Source: Syntrophobacterales bacterium
GTDB taxonomy: Bacteria > Desulfobacterota > Syntrophobacteria > BM002
Direction of reading: 5' to 3'
DNA: 64,000 bases
Assembly: GCA_050124835.1 (NCBI GenBank)
Contig: JASFEM010000001.1
Coordinates: 15,280-79,279 of the forward strand
The notes beneath the pieces are model-generated. The model ran no database searches. It had not been told where the DNA came from and was given only the letters and a program-made list of their open reading frames with translations. Shown here piece after piece: positions 36,471 through 46,128 of the stretch (positions are counted from its first letter, which is position 1; the number at the start of each line of letters is the position of its first letter). The translations under genes were made by a program, and so were the position numbers.

Positions 36471-39038
36471 TCATCTTCGCTGCAATGGGCTGAAATCGTA
36501 GATGCCGTTCATAAATCTTTCAATCAGTTCTTCCACCTGCGAACCATCTTTCAGAGACATATCCAGCACTCTGGTGCATCCCAGCAGTTGTCCCAATACC
36601 TCTAGTTTGGCCTCCAAGGTTTGGCGGTCATTTCTGCTCAGTTGAGCATCAATCATATCGCCCTTTTTTTCAACTTTAAAGCCATGGTGTGACAAAATGC
36701 CTTCCAGGAATTTCAGCCTCAAGAACTTCGAGTACAAATCACCACCTCCACCGGCAAACCTTAGCATAATATAGTTTTCGTCAAGCTCATGGCCGCAAAG
36801 GGTATCGAGAACTACAAAATGAAAGCCAAAATGGATATTGAAGTTAAGGTAGTCATGGGAAAGAATTGCATAACTGCCCAAGAATTTGGATTCTGGCCGG
36901 ACAACACTATCACTGCTACTAATTCTGGCGAACTCCTGCCAATCGTAATGCCTCACATTAGGGTCCCAGTATATCCCAGGATTACTGAGGCCCTTCCACA
37001 GTGCTTTTAGTGGAATGTTGGTAATATCGTTGAGCTCAATTTCTTTCTTAGTGCGCGCTTCCTCAACAAGGCCACCACCAAGGTCGAGCAAATAAATTAT
37101 TATAGGTATCTCTGAAATCAGTCTTTTTGCTCCTGCGGCCCTTCTGCTTCCCTTGTCACCCAACAAAAACATCTGTTGGATGGATTTTTCGTGGGCAAAT
37201 CTGAGGATATCATGTAGGCTCTCACAGCCCTCGGGCGCAAAAGCCTCCGCGAGAGGATCTACCAGGTTTAGGGGCGAAATGTCGCTGAGAATCTTTTCCA
37301 TGCTCACCATGAAGGGGCTGTCTGTCAAAAGGGATCTCACGGAACATGCACTTCCCACTAGCTGCTCAACTATACCTTCGTATACAATCTTGGCTTCCGC
37401 GTAGACAGTGACCTCTTGTCCTGAAGTGAGGCTGTTCATGGCCACGCCTGTGTTTACCAATGTAGGAATGCCGAACTCTCTGGCCACCGAGGCGAAGTGC
37501 CCTGCCGTGCTGCCCACATCCGTTATCACTGCACTTATTTTCCCCACCACTTTGACCAAATCGGGGGACGGCACCTTGGCCACCACGACTGCCCCTTGCG
37601 GGAGGCTCTCTAAATCTTTCGATCTCTCTACTTTGTAAACTTCACCAGCAGCGATGCCTCCGCAAGCGCTATTCCCACCAGACAACAACACCCGGCTATC
37701 CACCTCAATATTGCTACAGTCAATTTTCTGCTGATCCTTATCTTCAATATGGAGAGGTCTGGACTGCAGAATGAAAAGCTTGCCCTCGTTGTCCATGCAC
37801 CATTCGATGTCTTGAGGGGTTCCTTGAAAGTCTTCCAGTTTGGTTGCCCATTCCATCAACTCGAGAGCAGACTGATCATCCAGGGCCAGATTCGCCGGCA
37901 AGTCATCCACCCCAGAGACTACTTGAATACCGCCTTTCTTAAGTGGAACCGCTTTCACGGGCTGAAATATCTCCTTGTCTCGCTCAAGCTGGTGGGGTGG
38001 TTCCCTCGTCACCCTGATAACGCTGGGGGTAACGCTGCCGTCTACAAGCAACTTCCCCAAACCCCATATGGAATGGATAGCCAATGTGCCACCACCAGTC
38101 TCCTCAGGATCGAGCGTATATATCACCCCGCTCACCCCGGCATCAATCATCTCCAAGACCAATACTGCCATGGGAGTCTCTCGGTCAGACAGCCCGTAGT
38201 TGATACGGTAATTGAGTGCCCGAGGTGAATACTTACTGGCAATGACTTCTTTATAAGCGTCAACGATTCTATTCGGTTGCACATTAAGAACCGACTCGTA
38301 CTGCCCAGCGAAAGAGGCCGCGCTGTCCTCGCCAACAGCACTACTGCGTACTGAGACCCGAAGTCTCCCAACTTGGTCCCCGCTGATCTCTTTGAGCGCA
38401 GTGCTGATTTCCTCTTCTATTGCCTTCGGGACTCGGGCTAATTGAATGAGTTTCACCAAATCCTCTGAGGTTTTCTCCACTGAACTGGCAGAATTGAGGT
38501 CGAGTTGAGCCAGCCGCTCATCAATCTTCTCGCGGAGGTTGTTTTCCTCTATTAAATAGTTAAATGAGTTGGCAGTAACGACAAAGCCTCTCGGCACCGG
38601 TAAGCCCAACCCTTTACGCACCGTGGCCAAATTGAACGCTTTACCGCCAACCAACAGGTGGCTGTCTGTACCCAGTTCATCAAGTGTTAGAGTGAAAGGC
38701 GGAGAGAAGTCATAGGAACTGGGGGCCAAAACTTGTTGTATCCTCTGGTCTATGGCGCGGAAGCAATCATCAAGTTTTGGATAGCAGGTGGGGCATATTT
38801 CGCTGAGCGACTTGACAACTTTCGTAACAGACGAGGACAGCTGCTTGCATTTGTGCTCTATTGCGGCAAAATCGACTTTGAGCTGCTCGTAGTAGATCTG
38901 CTCCAACTCGGCGATCAGTTCATGGCTTTTTTTGTCGTGCTCCAGCAAATTCCTGAATGCTTCATATTTCTCCTGAACCAGAAGGCCAGGAGCGAAGATT
39001 TTGTACGTCCAGTGTTTAAATAGATTAGCAACGTACAT
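36471..39038 (-). CDS. PEP-utilizing-enzyme-family dikinase (PpsA/PPDK-like): ATP-grasp domain, phospho-histidine swivelling domain, and a non-canonical 300-aa C-terminal domain.
   Basis: 855 aa. PPDK_N-like region (GGKAFNLATV...SVRSSAVGEDSAASFAGQ), then a mobile His domain (GGNSACGGIAAGEV...GSTAGHFASVAREFGIPTLVNTG). The C-terminal third lacks PEP/pyruvate TIM-barrel motifs. Confidence 0.8.
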   Translation of the reverse strand: MYVANLFKHWTYKIFAPGLLVQEKYEAFRNLLEHDKKSHELIAELEQIYYEQLKVDFAAIEHKCKQLSSSVTKVVKSLSEICPTCYPKLDDCFRAIDQRIQQVLAPSSYDFSPPFTLTLDELGTDSHLLVGGKAFNLATVRKGLGLPVPRGFVVTANSFNYLIEENNLREKIDERLAQLDLNSASSVEKTSEDLVKLIQLARVPKAIEEEISTALKEISGDQVGRLRVSVRSSAVGEDSAASFAGQYESVLNVQPNRIVDAYKEVIASKYSPRALNYRINYGLSDRETPMAVLVLEMIDAGVSGVIYTLDPEETGGGTLAIHSIWGLGKLLVDGSVTPSVIRVTREPPHQLERDKEIFQPVKAVPLKKGGIQVVSGVDDLPANLALDDQSALELMEWATKLEDFQGTPQDIEWCMDNEGKLFILQSRPLHIEDKDQQKIDCSNIEVDSRVLLSGGNSACGGIAAGEVYKVERSKDLESLPQGAVVVAKVPSPDLVKVVGKISAVITDVGSTAGHFASVAREFGIPTLVNTGVAMNSLTSGQEVTVYAEAKIVYEGIVEQLVGSACSVRSLLTDSPFMVSMEKILSDISPLNLVDPLAEAFAPEGCESLHDILRFAHEKSIQQMFLLGDKGSRRAAGAKRLISEIPIIIYLLDLGGGLVEEARTKKEIELNDITNIPLKALWKGLSNPGIYWDPNVRHYDWQEFARISSSDSVVRPESKFLGSYAILSHDYLNFNIHFGFHFVVLDTLCGHELDENYIMLRFAGGGGDLYSKFLRLKFLEGILSHHGFKVEKKGDMIDAQLSRNDRQTLEAKLEVLGQLLGCTRVLDMSLKDGSQVEELIERFMNGIYDFSPLQRR

Positions 39039-39091
39039 AATTTTCCTGATTGACCATAAGTCCTATGTTGTTAATTAAATTCAAAATTTGG

Positions 39092-39457
39092 TCAGTCTTG
39101 ACCTGCCAAGACTTTTTCCACTTTCTCTTCTATTTCATCAATGTCGATAGGCTTAATGAGGTATTCATTCGCTCCGAGAGTAAGCGCTTCCCGGGCTGAC
39201 TCTAGAGTAGGATAACCGGTGAGCATTATCACCTTCATGTGTGGGTCTATTTTCTTTAGCTCCTCGAGGACTTCAATCCCAAGAATCTTTTTTAGTCTAA
39301 TGTCAAGAATTGCCAGATCGACCTTATTTGTCCTGGCATGGCCAATTGCTTCCTCTTCCTCAGTAAAAGAAAGAACCTGATGGCCTTTCTCCACAAGAAT
39401 CCTTTGGAGCAGGATAACCGCATCCGGTTCATCATCGAGTACAAGAATGGTGGCCAT
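39092..39457 (-). CDS. Stand-alone CheY-like response regulator receiver.
   Basis: 121 aa with ILVLDDEPD, DLAILDIRL, IMLTGY and LIKP. Confidence 0.88.
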   Translation of the reverse strand: MATILVLDDEPDAVILLQRILVEKGHQVLSFTEEEEAIGHARTNKVDLAILDIRLKKILGIEVLEELKKIDPHMKVIMLTGYPTLESAREALTLGANEYLIKPIDIDEIEEKVEKVLAGQD

Positions 39458-39497
39458 CAGTTTTATTTCCCCCTTATTTTAGCCGCAATATGCCTGC

Positions 39498-40388
39498 TCA
39501 GGAAAGAGTCATCGGATCAAGCGGGTGGTGCTGGGAGGCCAGGGTGATCCTCAGACTCTCCCGCATGTGGCGAGGAAGCATGCTAGCAAAGGTCTTCATA
39601 ACCATTTCTGAGGAATTGTTGGTATCACTCACATGAGCGAAGATGACCTCTTGCAGATCTTCGCTATAAACTTGAGAGAGAACTATTACCGACTGCTCAT
39701 TGGAAAGATGACCAAATCGACTTCTGATTCGCTGTTTCACCGGCCAGGGATAGGGGCCATTTTTCAGCATTTCAACATCATGGTTTGCCTCCAGAACCAG
39801 GATGGAGCAGTTCTCGAGATGACGATGAACCAGGTTGGTAGCCGCTCCCAGATCAGTGCAAACTCCAACCTTTACCGAGCCATTGACCAGGGCAAACCCT
39901 ACCGGGTCGGCGGCATCGTGTGAAATGGCAAAGGGATGAATAGTGGTGTCTTCAACAGAGAAACTTTTTCCGGTTCTAAACTCAACTTTCTCCCCCAGTC
40001 GCCCCACCATCTCCGGGAGATGGGCATGGGTCAGCTGGTTTAGATAAACCGGCAGCTTATATCTCCTTGCAAGACTACCCAGGCCCCGGACGTGGTCCAG
40101 GTGTTCATGGGTCACGATGATCCCATCAAGATCTTTAGGGTTGACACCTACGGTGGCCAGACGGTGCTTTGTCTCCCGCCCACTGAGACCGGCATCTATG
40201 AGTAGACGAACCCTCTCGGTGGCAAGGTAGATGCTGTTACCCCGAGACCCACTAGCTAAGACGGACAATCTTATGCTCAACTTTGCCCCCTGATCACGCG
40301 CTATTCTCTTGCCTGGGCCAGGTTCAAATCCGAATATCGAAGCACGAATTTCGAGACAAATCCGAAATACGAATTCTCCAATGTTCAA
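39498..40388 (-). CDS. MBL-fold metallo-hydrolase (YycJ/WalJ- or PhnP-like).
   Basis: HxHxDH motif IIVTHEHLDHVRG. The real start is probably a downstream TTG giving MSIRLSVLASGSRGNS, because the 5' part of the ORF runs into the repeat element. Confidence 0.75.
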   Translation of the reverse strand: MNIGEFVFRICLEIRASIFGFEPGPGKRIARDQGAKLSIRLSVLASGSRGNSIYLATERVRLLIDAGLSGRETKHRLATVGVNPKDLDGIIVTHEHLDHVRGLGSLARRYKLPVYLNQLTHAHLPEMVGRLGEKVEFRTGKSFSVEDTTIHPFAISHDAADPVGFALVNGSVKVGVCTDLGAATNLVHRHLENCSILVLEANHDVEMLKNGPYPWPVKQRIRSRFGHLSNEQSVIVLSQVYSEDLQEVIFAHVSDTNNSSEMVMKTFASMLPRHMRESLRITLASQHHPLDPMTLS

Positions 40389-40490
40389 AACAAAAGATTA
40401 GATACATTTCAATCAAAATTTTGGAAATTTGAATTTGTTTGGGATTTCGTGCTTGGGATTTCGGATTTAGGCTCACCCATTGGGTGAGCT
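40316..40490. repeat. Second copy of the MITE/REP-like element seen at 846-1040. Inverted heptamer-word arms flank the shared core.
   Basis: The 21-mer is identical at 40372-40392. Arms aaatccgaatatcgaagcacgaatttcg and cgtgcttgggatttcggattt are reverse-complementary in word content. Confidence 0.6.
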
Positions 40491-40491
40491 G

Positions 40492-40983
40492 CTAACGTCC
40501 GGTATGCCCAAATCCTCCCTCGTTGCGCTCGGTCTCGTCTAGGTCTTGCCTGAGATCCCACTGTACCCGGTAGATTCTGCTTATGATCATCTGGGCAATC
40601 CGATCGCCCCTCTTAATGGTAAAGGGATTCTTCCCCAGGTTAATCAGCGCCACCCTGATTTCGCCCCGATAGTCACTATCTATCGTCCCTGGCGCATTTA
40701 TGACAGCAAGACCATGCGAAATTGCCAGCCCACTGCGTGCCCGGATCTGTCCTTCATAGCCCTCGGGTATGGCCACCGCCAACCCGGTTGAGATCAAGGC
40801 AGCTTCCTGGGGTTGGATGGTTAGGTCTTCATCTATGGCGGCAACAAGGTCCATTCCCGCTGCTCGGGAACTCATGTATTGAGGCAGGGGTAGGTCTTTG
40901 TCAGCCTCCCTCCGCAGACGACGGATGGGGATAGAGAGAATTTTGCTGCGGGTTCCTGTGCTCGCGTCTACCGGTTCGGTCAT
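40492..40983 (-). CDS. dut: dUTP diphosphatase.
   Basis: Dut motifs AGMDL, RSGLA, GTIDSDYRGE and GGFGHTG. Confidence 0.9.
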   Translation of the reverse strand: MTEPVDASTGTRSKILSIPIRRLRREADKDLPLPQYMSSRAAGMDLVAAIDEDLTIQPQEAALISTGLAVAIPEGYEGQIRARSGLAISHGLAVINAPGTIDSDYRGEIRVALINLGKNPFTIKRGDRIAQMIISRIYRVQWDLRQDLDETERNEGGFGHTGR

Positions 40984-41032
40984 GGCAGGTTTGTCGATTG
41001 CAGATTTCAGATTGTAGATTGAAGATTGTAGA

Positions 41033-42289
41033 TTACAGATCTAAGAATGTTTGGTCTAAGCCAAGCCCGTCCACCTGTCCCAAAAGCACGGAGGACATGA
41101 CCTCCGGCCGGAAGATTTCCTGAGCTAGAGCTTGAACATCTTCAGAGGTAACCTTCTCGAGGCCGGCCTCTATCTCCTCGTAAGTGACAAACCGGCCGAA
41201 GATCATCTCGTTTTTAGCCAGACGACTCATACGATTGTCAGTGTTTTCGGCGGCCAGGTAGATGCCCCCCTTGATATGTTCTTTGGCGGCACGAAGTTCG
41301 ACATCACTGATGGGCTTCTGTTTTAAGCTTCGGAGTTCATGCCGAATCACCTCAAGGGTTTCCTTAATATTGTCGGGTCGAACCGCGCCGTAAATTCCCA
41401 GCATCCCAGAATCAGTGTGTGAAGAAAGAAAGGAGTAAATTGAGTAGGCCAGCCCACGACGCTCCCGCACCTCCTGAAATAGTCTGGAACTCATACTGCC
41501 ACCCAGGATGACATTCAGGATACTGCAGCAATATCGCTCATCTTCTACCAGGGAGGCTCCCCGTGTTCCCAGGCAAAGGTGGATCTGTTCCAGATCTCTA
41601 GGATAAAGCTCTACGCCTGAGACAATGGTTGGAGGAGTGCGGTTGAGGTTGTGTGAATGCCTCTTGACGTTACGGAAAGCCGGCTCCACTAATTCTAGAA
41701 ATTCTTGGTGATCCACATTACCTGCTGCGCTCAAGACAATGCGATCTGGGTGGTAGCCGCGGTTCAGGTAGCCCAAAATAATCTCCCTGGTGAAGCTCTG
41801 TACCGTCTGGGCATTGCCAAAGATCGGCCGGGCCAAGGGATTCCCGTCCCAAAAAGCCTGGTTGAAAAGCACGTGGACGTATTCGTCGGGGGTATCTTCC
41901 ACCATGTTGATTTCCTGGAGGATAACCTCACGCTCGCGTTCCACTTCCTGATGATCAAATACCGAGTGGAGAAAAATATCAGCTAGTATATCCACGACAA
42001 GGGGCAGATGAGCATCCAAGACCTTGGCATGAAAGCAGGTGTTTTCTTTGCTGGTAAAGGCATTGGACATGCCCCCCACAGCATCCAGTTGCTTGGCTAT
42101 TTCCAGAGCACTTCTCTTCTTCGTGCCTTTGAAGAGCATGTGCTCGATGAAGTGGGTCAAGCCGCTCTCGCTTTCGGCTTCATCACGGGAGCCCACATTC
42201 AGCCAGATACCCATGGAGACCGAATGAAGATGGGGAATCCTCTCAGTCACCACCCGCATCCCATTGTCCAAGATGGTTCTTTTATACAA
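41033..42289 (-). CDS. M16-family zinc peptidase (pitrilysin-like).
   Basis: Inverted zinc motif HFIEHMLF and a downstream Glu. Confidence 0.88.
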   Translation of the reverse strand: MYKRTILDNGMRVVTERIPHLHSVSMGIWLNVGSRDEAESESGLTHFIEHMLFKGTKKRSALEIAKQLDAVGGMSNAFTSKENTCFHAKVLDAHLPLVVDILADIFLHSVFDHQEVEREREVILQEINMVEDTPDEYVHVLFNQAFWDGNPLARPIFGNAQTVQSFTREIILGYLNRGYHPDRIVLSAAGNVDHQEFLELVEPAFRNVKRHSHNLNRTPPTIVSGVELYPRDLEQIHLCLGTRGASLVEDERYCCSILNVILGGSMSSRLFQEVRERRGLAYSIYSFLSSHTDSGMLGIYGAVRPDNIKETLEVIRHELRSLKQKPISDVELRAAKEHIKGGIYLAAENTDNRMSRLAKNEMIFGRFVTYEEIEAGLEKVTSEDVQALAQEIFRPEVMSSVLLGQVDGLGLDQTFLDL

Positions 42290-42494
42290 CCCGTGTCTCC
42301 CTCTCTAACTCTGTCCGTTGTCAGTTGTCAGTGGTCCGTGGTACCGTCGCTCACCTTATTCGCGACCGGCTCAAGGCGCAGGGCGCAAGGCATAAGGCAA
42401 ATCCATAGAATCCATTTGCTGCTCTATGCTTCGTGTTCTATGCTCTGCGCTTTTTTCGCAACGGACGACTGACCAGACCCAATTGGGCATTTTA

Positions 42495-44588
42495 CTAGTT
42501 GCTAATGGTTTCTCCTAAAGCGGCCTTTCGACTCAAGCGAATGCGTCCATCCCTATCGATTTCCAGTACCTTGACCAGCACCTCATCCCCTTCATTGAGA
42601 ATATCGCGAACTCTTTGCACTCTCTTATGGTCCAGCTGCGAAATGTGAATCAAGCCATCGGTGCCTGGAAGGATCTCCACAAAAGCGCCAAAATCTGTTA
42701 TTTTGCGCACCTTGCCAAGATAGAGACCACCGACCTCCGCTTCTGCGGTGAGCTGTTTGATCATCTCCACCGCCTTCTGGCAGCCGGCAAGATCTGGACT
42801 CATGATGACCACCTTACCATCGTCATCCACGTCGATCTTGGTACTGGTTTCGGCAATAATTTGGCGGATGACCTTGCCACCCGGACCGATAACGTCACGA
42901 ATTTTGTCGGGATGTATTTCAATGCTCACAACTCGAGGCGCATAGGGTGAGAGTTCTTTACGGGGCGCCGGGATGGCGTGGTTCATCTTCTCGAGGATAC
43001 TCAACCGTCCCTCTCTGGCCTGAAAAAGAGCCTGGCGCATCACCTCACGAGGTACACCGGCCACCTTTATATCCATCTGCAAAGCGACAACGCCCTCAGA
43101 ACTTCCGGTAACCTTGAAATCCATATCTCCCAGGTAGTCCTCGTCGCCAAGGATGTCGCTAAGGATGGCTACCTGGTCACCTTCCATGATCAAACCCATG
43201 GCGATCCCCGCAATTGAATTCTTTAAAGGTACCGCCGCATCCATTAAAGCCAGAGAACTGGCACATACCGAGGCCATGGAAGAGGAACCGTTGGATTCCA
43301 ACACTTCGGCCACCACTCGCACGGTGTAGGGGAAATCTTCATGGGAGGGCATCACTGCTTTAATGGTCCTTTCAGCCAAGGCCCCATGGCCGATTTCCCG
43401 CCGACTAGGTCCACGAAGGAACCTGGCCTCCCCCACACAATAGGGAGGAAAGTTGTAGTGGAGCATAAAGGTCTTCCACTCATCACCTTCCAACGCCTCG
43501 ATCTTCTGTTCGTCAGAAGAGGATCCTAAAGTGACCACGGAGAGCACCTGGGTCTCCCCGCGGGTAAAAAGTCCAGAGCCATGGGTGCGCGGCAGCCGGC
43601 CAACCTGGCAATCAATTGTCCGAATGTCGGCGAGATTTCGTTTATCGATCCTAGTTTTCCGCGTGAGGATCATCTGGCGCACAAATTTCTTTTCGAGATT
43701 TTGCAGAATCTCCCGCACTTCCCCCTCTCGCTCCGCAAAATCCGGACCGAGTTTTTCCATCACCTCTTGGATCACCGCATTCCGCAGGAGATAGCGGGCT
43801 TCTTTTTCGGCAGTGGTGTTGGCTTCCTCAATTTTCCCCTGGGAAAGCTCTGCCACCCGAGCGGCCAGGGCTTCGTCTTCTTGTGGAGGCTCGTATTGTC
43901 TTTTATTTTTACCGCAGCGAGACTTGAGCGTCTCTTGCATATCCAAAATGGGCTGTATGGCATCGTGGGCTCTATAGAGAGCCTCCAATAAATCATCCTC
44001 ACTCACAAACTGAGCGCTACCCTCCACCATGACGATACCCTGGCGGTTGCCAGCCACAACCACATTGAAGTCGCTCATTTCTAACTGGTCTGCAGTGGGA
44101 TTGATTACCATTTGTCCATTGGCTCGACCAACCCGAACCGCTCCGATGGGTCCTTGAAACGGAATATCCGAGATTTCGAGTGCGGCAGATGCCCCCACCA
44201 TTGCCACCGTATCCGGATCGTTATCAGGATCCGCAGAGAGCACGGTGGCAATCACCTGGATTTCCTTTCTATATTTCTTGGGAAACAGGGGTCGGATTGG
44301 GCGGTCGATAAGGCGCGATGTCAAAGTTTCCCGTTCGCTGGGACGTCCGATCTCGCGGCGGAAAAAACCGCCAGGGATCCTGCCCACTGCAAAGCCCTTT
44401 TCCATGTAGTCCACGCTGAGCGGCAGGAAATCAATACCCTCGCGGATCCTTTCCTCACCAACCGCGGTTACAAGAACCACCGTTTCTCCGTAACTGGCGA
44501 GTACAGCACCGCTGGCCTGCTTGGCCATCTCCCCAGTTTCGAGTCTGAATTGCCGACCGCCTAACTCTATTTCAATATTTTCTTTCAT
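42495..44588 (-). CDS. pnp: Polyribonucleotide nucleotidyltransferase (PNPase).
   Basis: 697 aa with two RNase PH domains, KH, and S1 at the C-terminus. Confidence 0.95.
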   Translation of the reverse strand: MKENIEIELGGRQFRLETGEMAKQASGAVLASYGETVVLVTAVGEERIREGIDFLPLSVDYMEKGFAVGRIPGGFFRREIGRPSERETLTSRLIDRPIRPLFPKKYRKEIQVIATVLSADPDNDPDTVAMVGASAALEISDIPFQGPIGAVRVGRANGQMVINPTADQLEMSDFNVVVAGNRQGIVMVEGSAQFVSEDDLLEALYRAHDAIQPILDMQETLKSRCGKNKRQYEPPQEDEALAARVAELSQGKIEEANTTAEKEARYLLRNAVIQEVMEKLGPDFAEREGEVREILQNLEKKFVRQMILTRKTRIDKRNLADIRTIDCQVGRLPRTHGSGLFTRGETQVLSVVTLGSSSDEQKIEALEGDEWKTFMLHYNFPPYCVGEARFLRGPSRREIGHGALAERTIKAVMPSHEDFPYTVRVVAEVLESNGSSSMASVCASSLALMDAAVPLKNSIAGIAMGLIMEGDQVAILSDILGDEDYLGDMDFKVTGSSEGVVALQMDIKVAGVPREVMRQALFQAREGRLSILEKMNHAIPAPRKELSPYAPRVVSIEIHPDKIRDVIGPGGKVIRQIIAETSTKIDVDDDGKVVIMSPDLAGCQKAVEMIKQLTAEAEVGGLYLGKVRKITDFGAFVEILPGTDGLIHISQLDHKRVQRVRDILNEGDEVLVKVLEIDRDGRIRLSRKAALGETISN

Positions 44589-44785
44589 AATCTTTCCCTT
44601 TTTCTACTCCAACTCTGGCATGCGCAAATGATAAGAGTCGCTCATGAACAGGTTTGACATGTGTTGATAAATTTGAGATCAATTTCTAATCTCCGGTATA
44701 CAATGCTGCTAAAACTTGCACGTTTTCCTCTGAAGCCTCCCAAAAAACCATTGGCCGACTCCTGCCGGATCCTCGCTGCCGTTCG

Positions 44786-45055
44786 CTAACGGCGAAGACC
44801 CAATCTCTCTAGGACCTCCCGGTATCTACCCACATCCTTTCGCTTGAGGTAATCCAACAGCCGCCGGCGTTGGCCCACCAGTTTTAGCAACCCCCGCCGC
44901 GAATGATGGTCCTTCTTGTGAGTCTTAAAGTGTTCAGTGAGATAGGTAATTCGCTCGCTGAGCAAAGCTATCTGCACTTCTGGAGAGCCGGTATCGGTCT
45001 CGTGTGTTTTGAAATTCTCAATGACTTCTTTTTTCCTCTCAGCAGTTAGTGCCAC
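44786..45055 (-). CDS. rpsO: 30S ribosomal protein S15.
   Basis: [21 protein letters not shown] motif. A GTG start is preferred because GAGGAGG lies 8 nt upstream and it gives the canonical 89-aa length. The track ORF extends to 45079. Confidence 0.9.
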   Translation of the reverse strand: MALTAERKKEVIENFKTHETDTGSPEVQIALLSERITYLTEHFKTHKKDHHSRRGLLKLVGQRRRLLDYLKRKDVGRYREVLERLGLRR

Positions 45056-45120
45056 CGTAAGTCCCTCCTCGTAATTCAAACCGGAACCTCGTCCCGCTTA
45101 ATAAAAAAAGTACCTCCATA

Positions 45121-46128
45121 CTAGGAAAATTTTGGCTGTGTCTTGGAAACATTCCCAAAAACGCGCAGAGTCTTGAAGACGATCTCCTTGTCCGGGAGAT
45201 CATCAGCTGATTTGACGACCATCGCCACCAACTGATTATCAGGGTCCAAAACTTTGGCCGGCCCTCTCGGCCAACTCTTGCCGCTGTATTCGTCAATAAG
45301 ATGTGCTGATTCCAAGACGCCGCCCTGGCGAATTCTCTTGGCGGCTGGATGCGATACTCGAAGTTTTGGGTATCCCTCCAAAGCTGCCACTTGACTAATA
45401 AGCAAGCGGTCTAACTCACTTTTGGACACCACCTCCTCGAGTTGCTCAAGGGTCACAGCCTGACTCAAACGAAAGCCCCCGCTTCTTAGCCGTCGCAACT
45501 CACTTACATGCCCATTACAGTTCAGATAATGGGCCAAATCCACCCCAAGGGATCGCACATAGGTTCCCTTGGAGCAGGTGACTTTAAAGGTTGCCTCTGG
45601 CCAGCTTAACTGTTGCAATGACAGGGTTATGATCCTCACTTTGCGACTGGGTGGAGTTACCTGGACACCGCGGCGTGCCAGTTGGTACAACCGCTTACCC
45701 CCCACTCGCACTGCCGAGTAGCGCGGCACCGTCTGCTCTATTTCACCAGTGAACGCAGCGCACGCCTCTCTGATTACAGTCTCCTGGAGCGGCTCAGATT
45801 GCGTCTGAGCCACCACCCTCCCGGTGCAATCCTGCGTGTCTGTTTCAACACCAAAGCAGACTTTGAAAAGATAGGTCTTTTCCTGATCCACCAAAAAGGG
45901 CGAAAGCTTGGTGGCCTCGTTGACCAAAACAATAAGCACCCCAGTGGCAAATGGATCAAGCGTGCCGCTGTGGCCCACTTTGGCACCACCGAGCTTCTTT
46001 TTCACCTGCTGCACGACATCATGAGAGGTTAACCCTTTGGGCTTGTCCAAAATCAGAACACCATGGCCGGTAAATTTCGGTTCATTCTGATGTTCGCTGT
46101 TTTCTCGCACAATAGGGCTGGACCTCAC
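45121..46128 (-). CDS. truB: tRNA pseudouridine(55) synthase.
   Basis: GHSGTLDP catalytic Asp motif and a PUA-like C-terminus. Confidence 0.9.
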   Translation of the reverse strand: MRSSPIVRENSEHQNEPKFTGHGVLILDKPKGLTSHDVVQQVKKKLGGAKVGHSGTLDPFATGVLIVLVNEATKLSPFLVDQEKTYLFKVCFGVETDTQDCTGRVVAQTQSEPLQETVIREACAAFTGEIEQTVPRYSAVRVGGKRLYQLARRGVQVTPPSRKVRIITLSLQQLSWPEATFKVTCSKGTYVRSLGVDLAHYLNCNGHVSELRRLRSGGFRLSQAVTLEQLEEVVSKSELDRLLISQVAALEGYPKLRVSHPAAKRIRQGGVLESAHLIDEYSGKSWPRGPAKVLDPDNQLVAMVVKSADDLPDKEIVFKTLRVFGNVSKTQPKFS

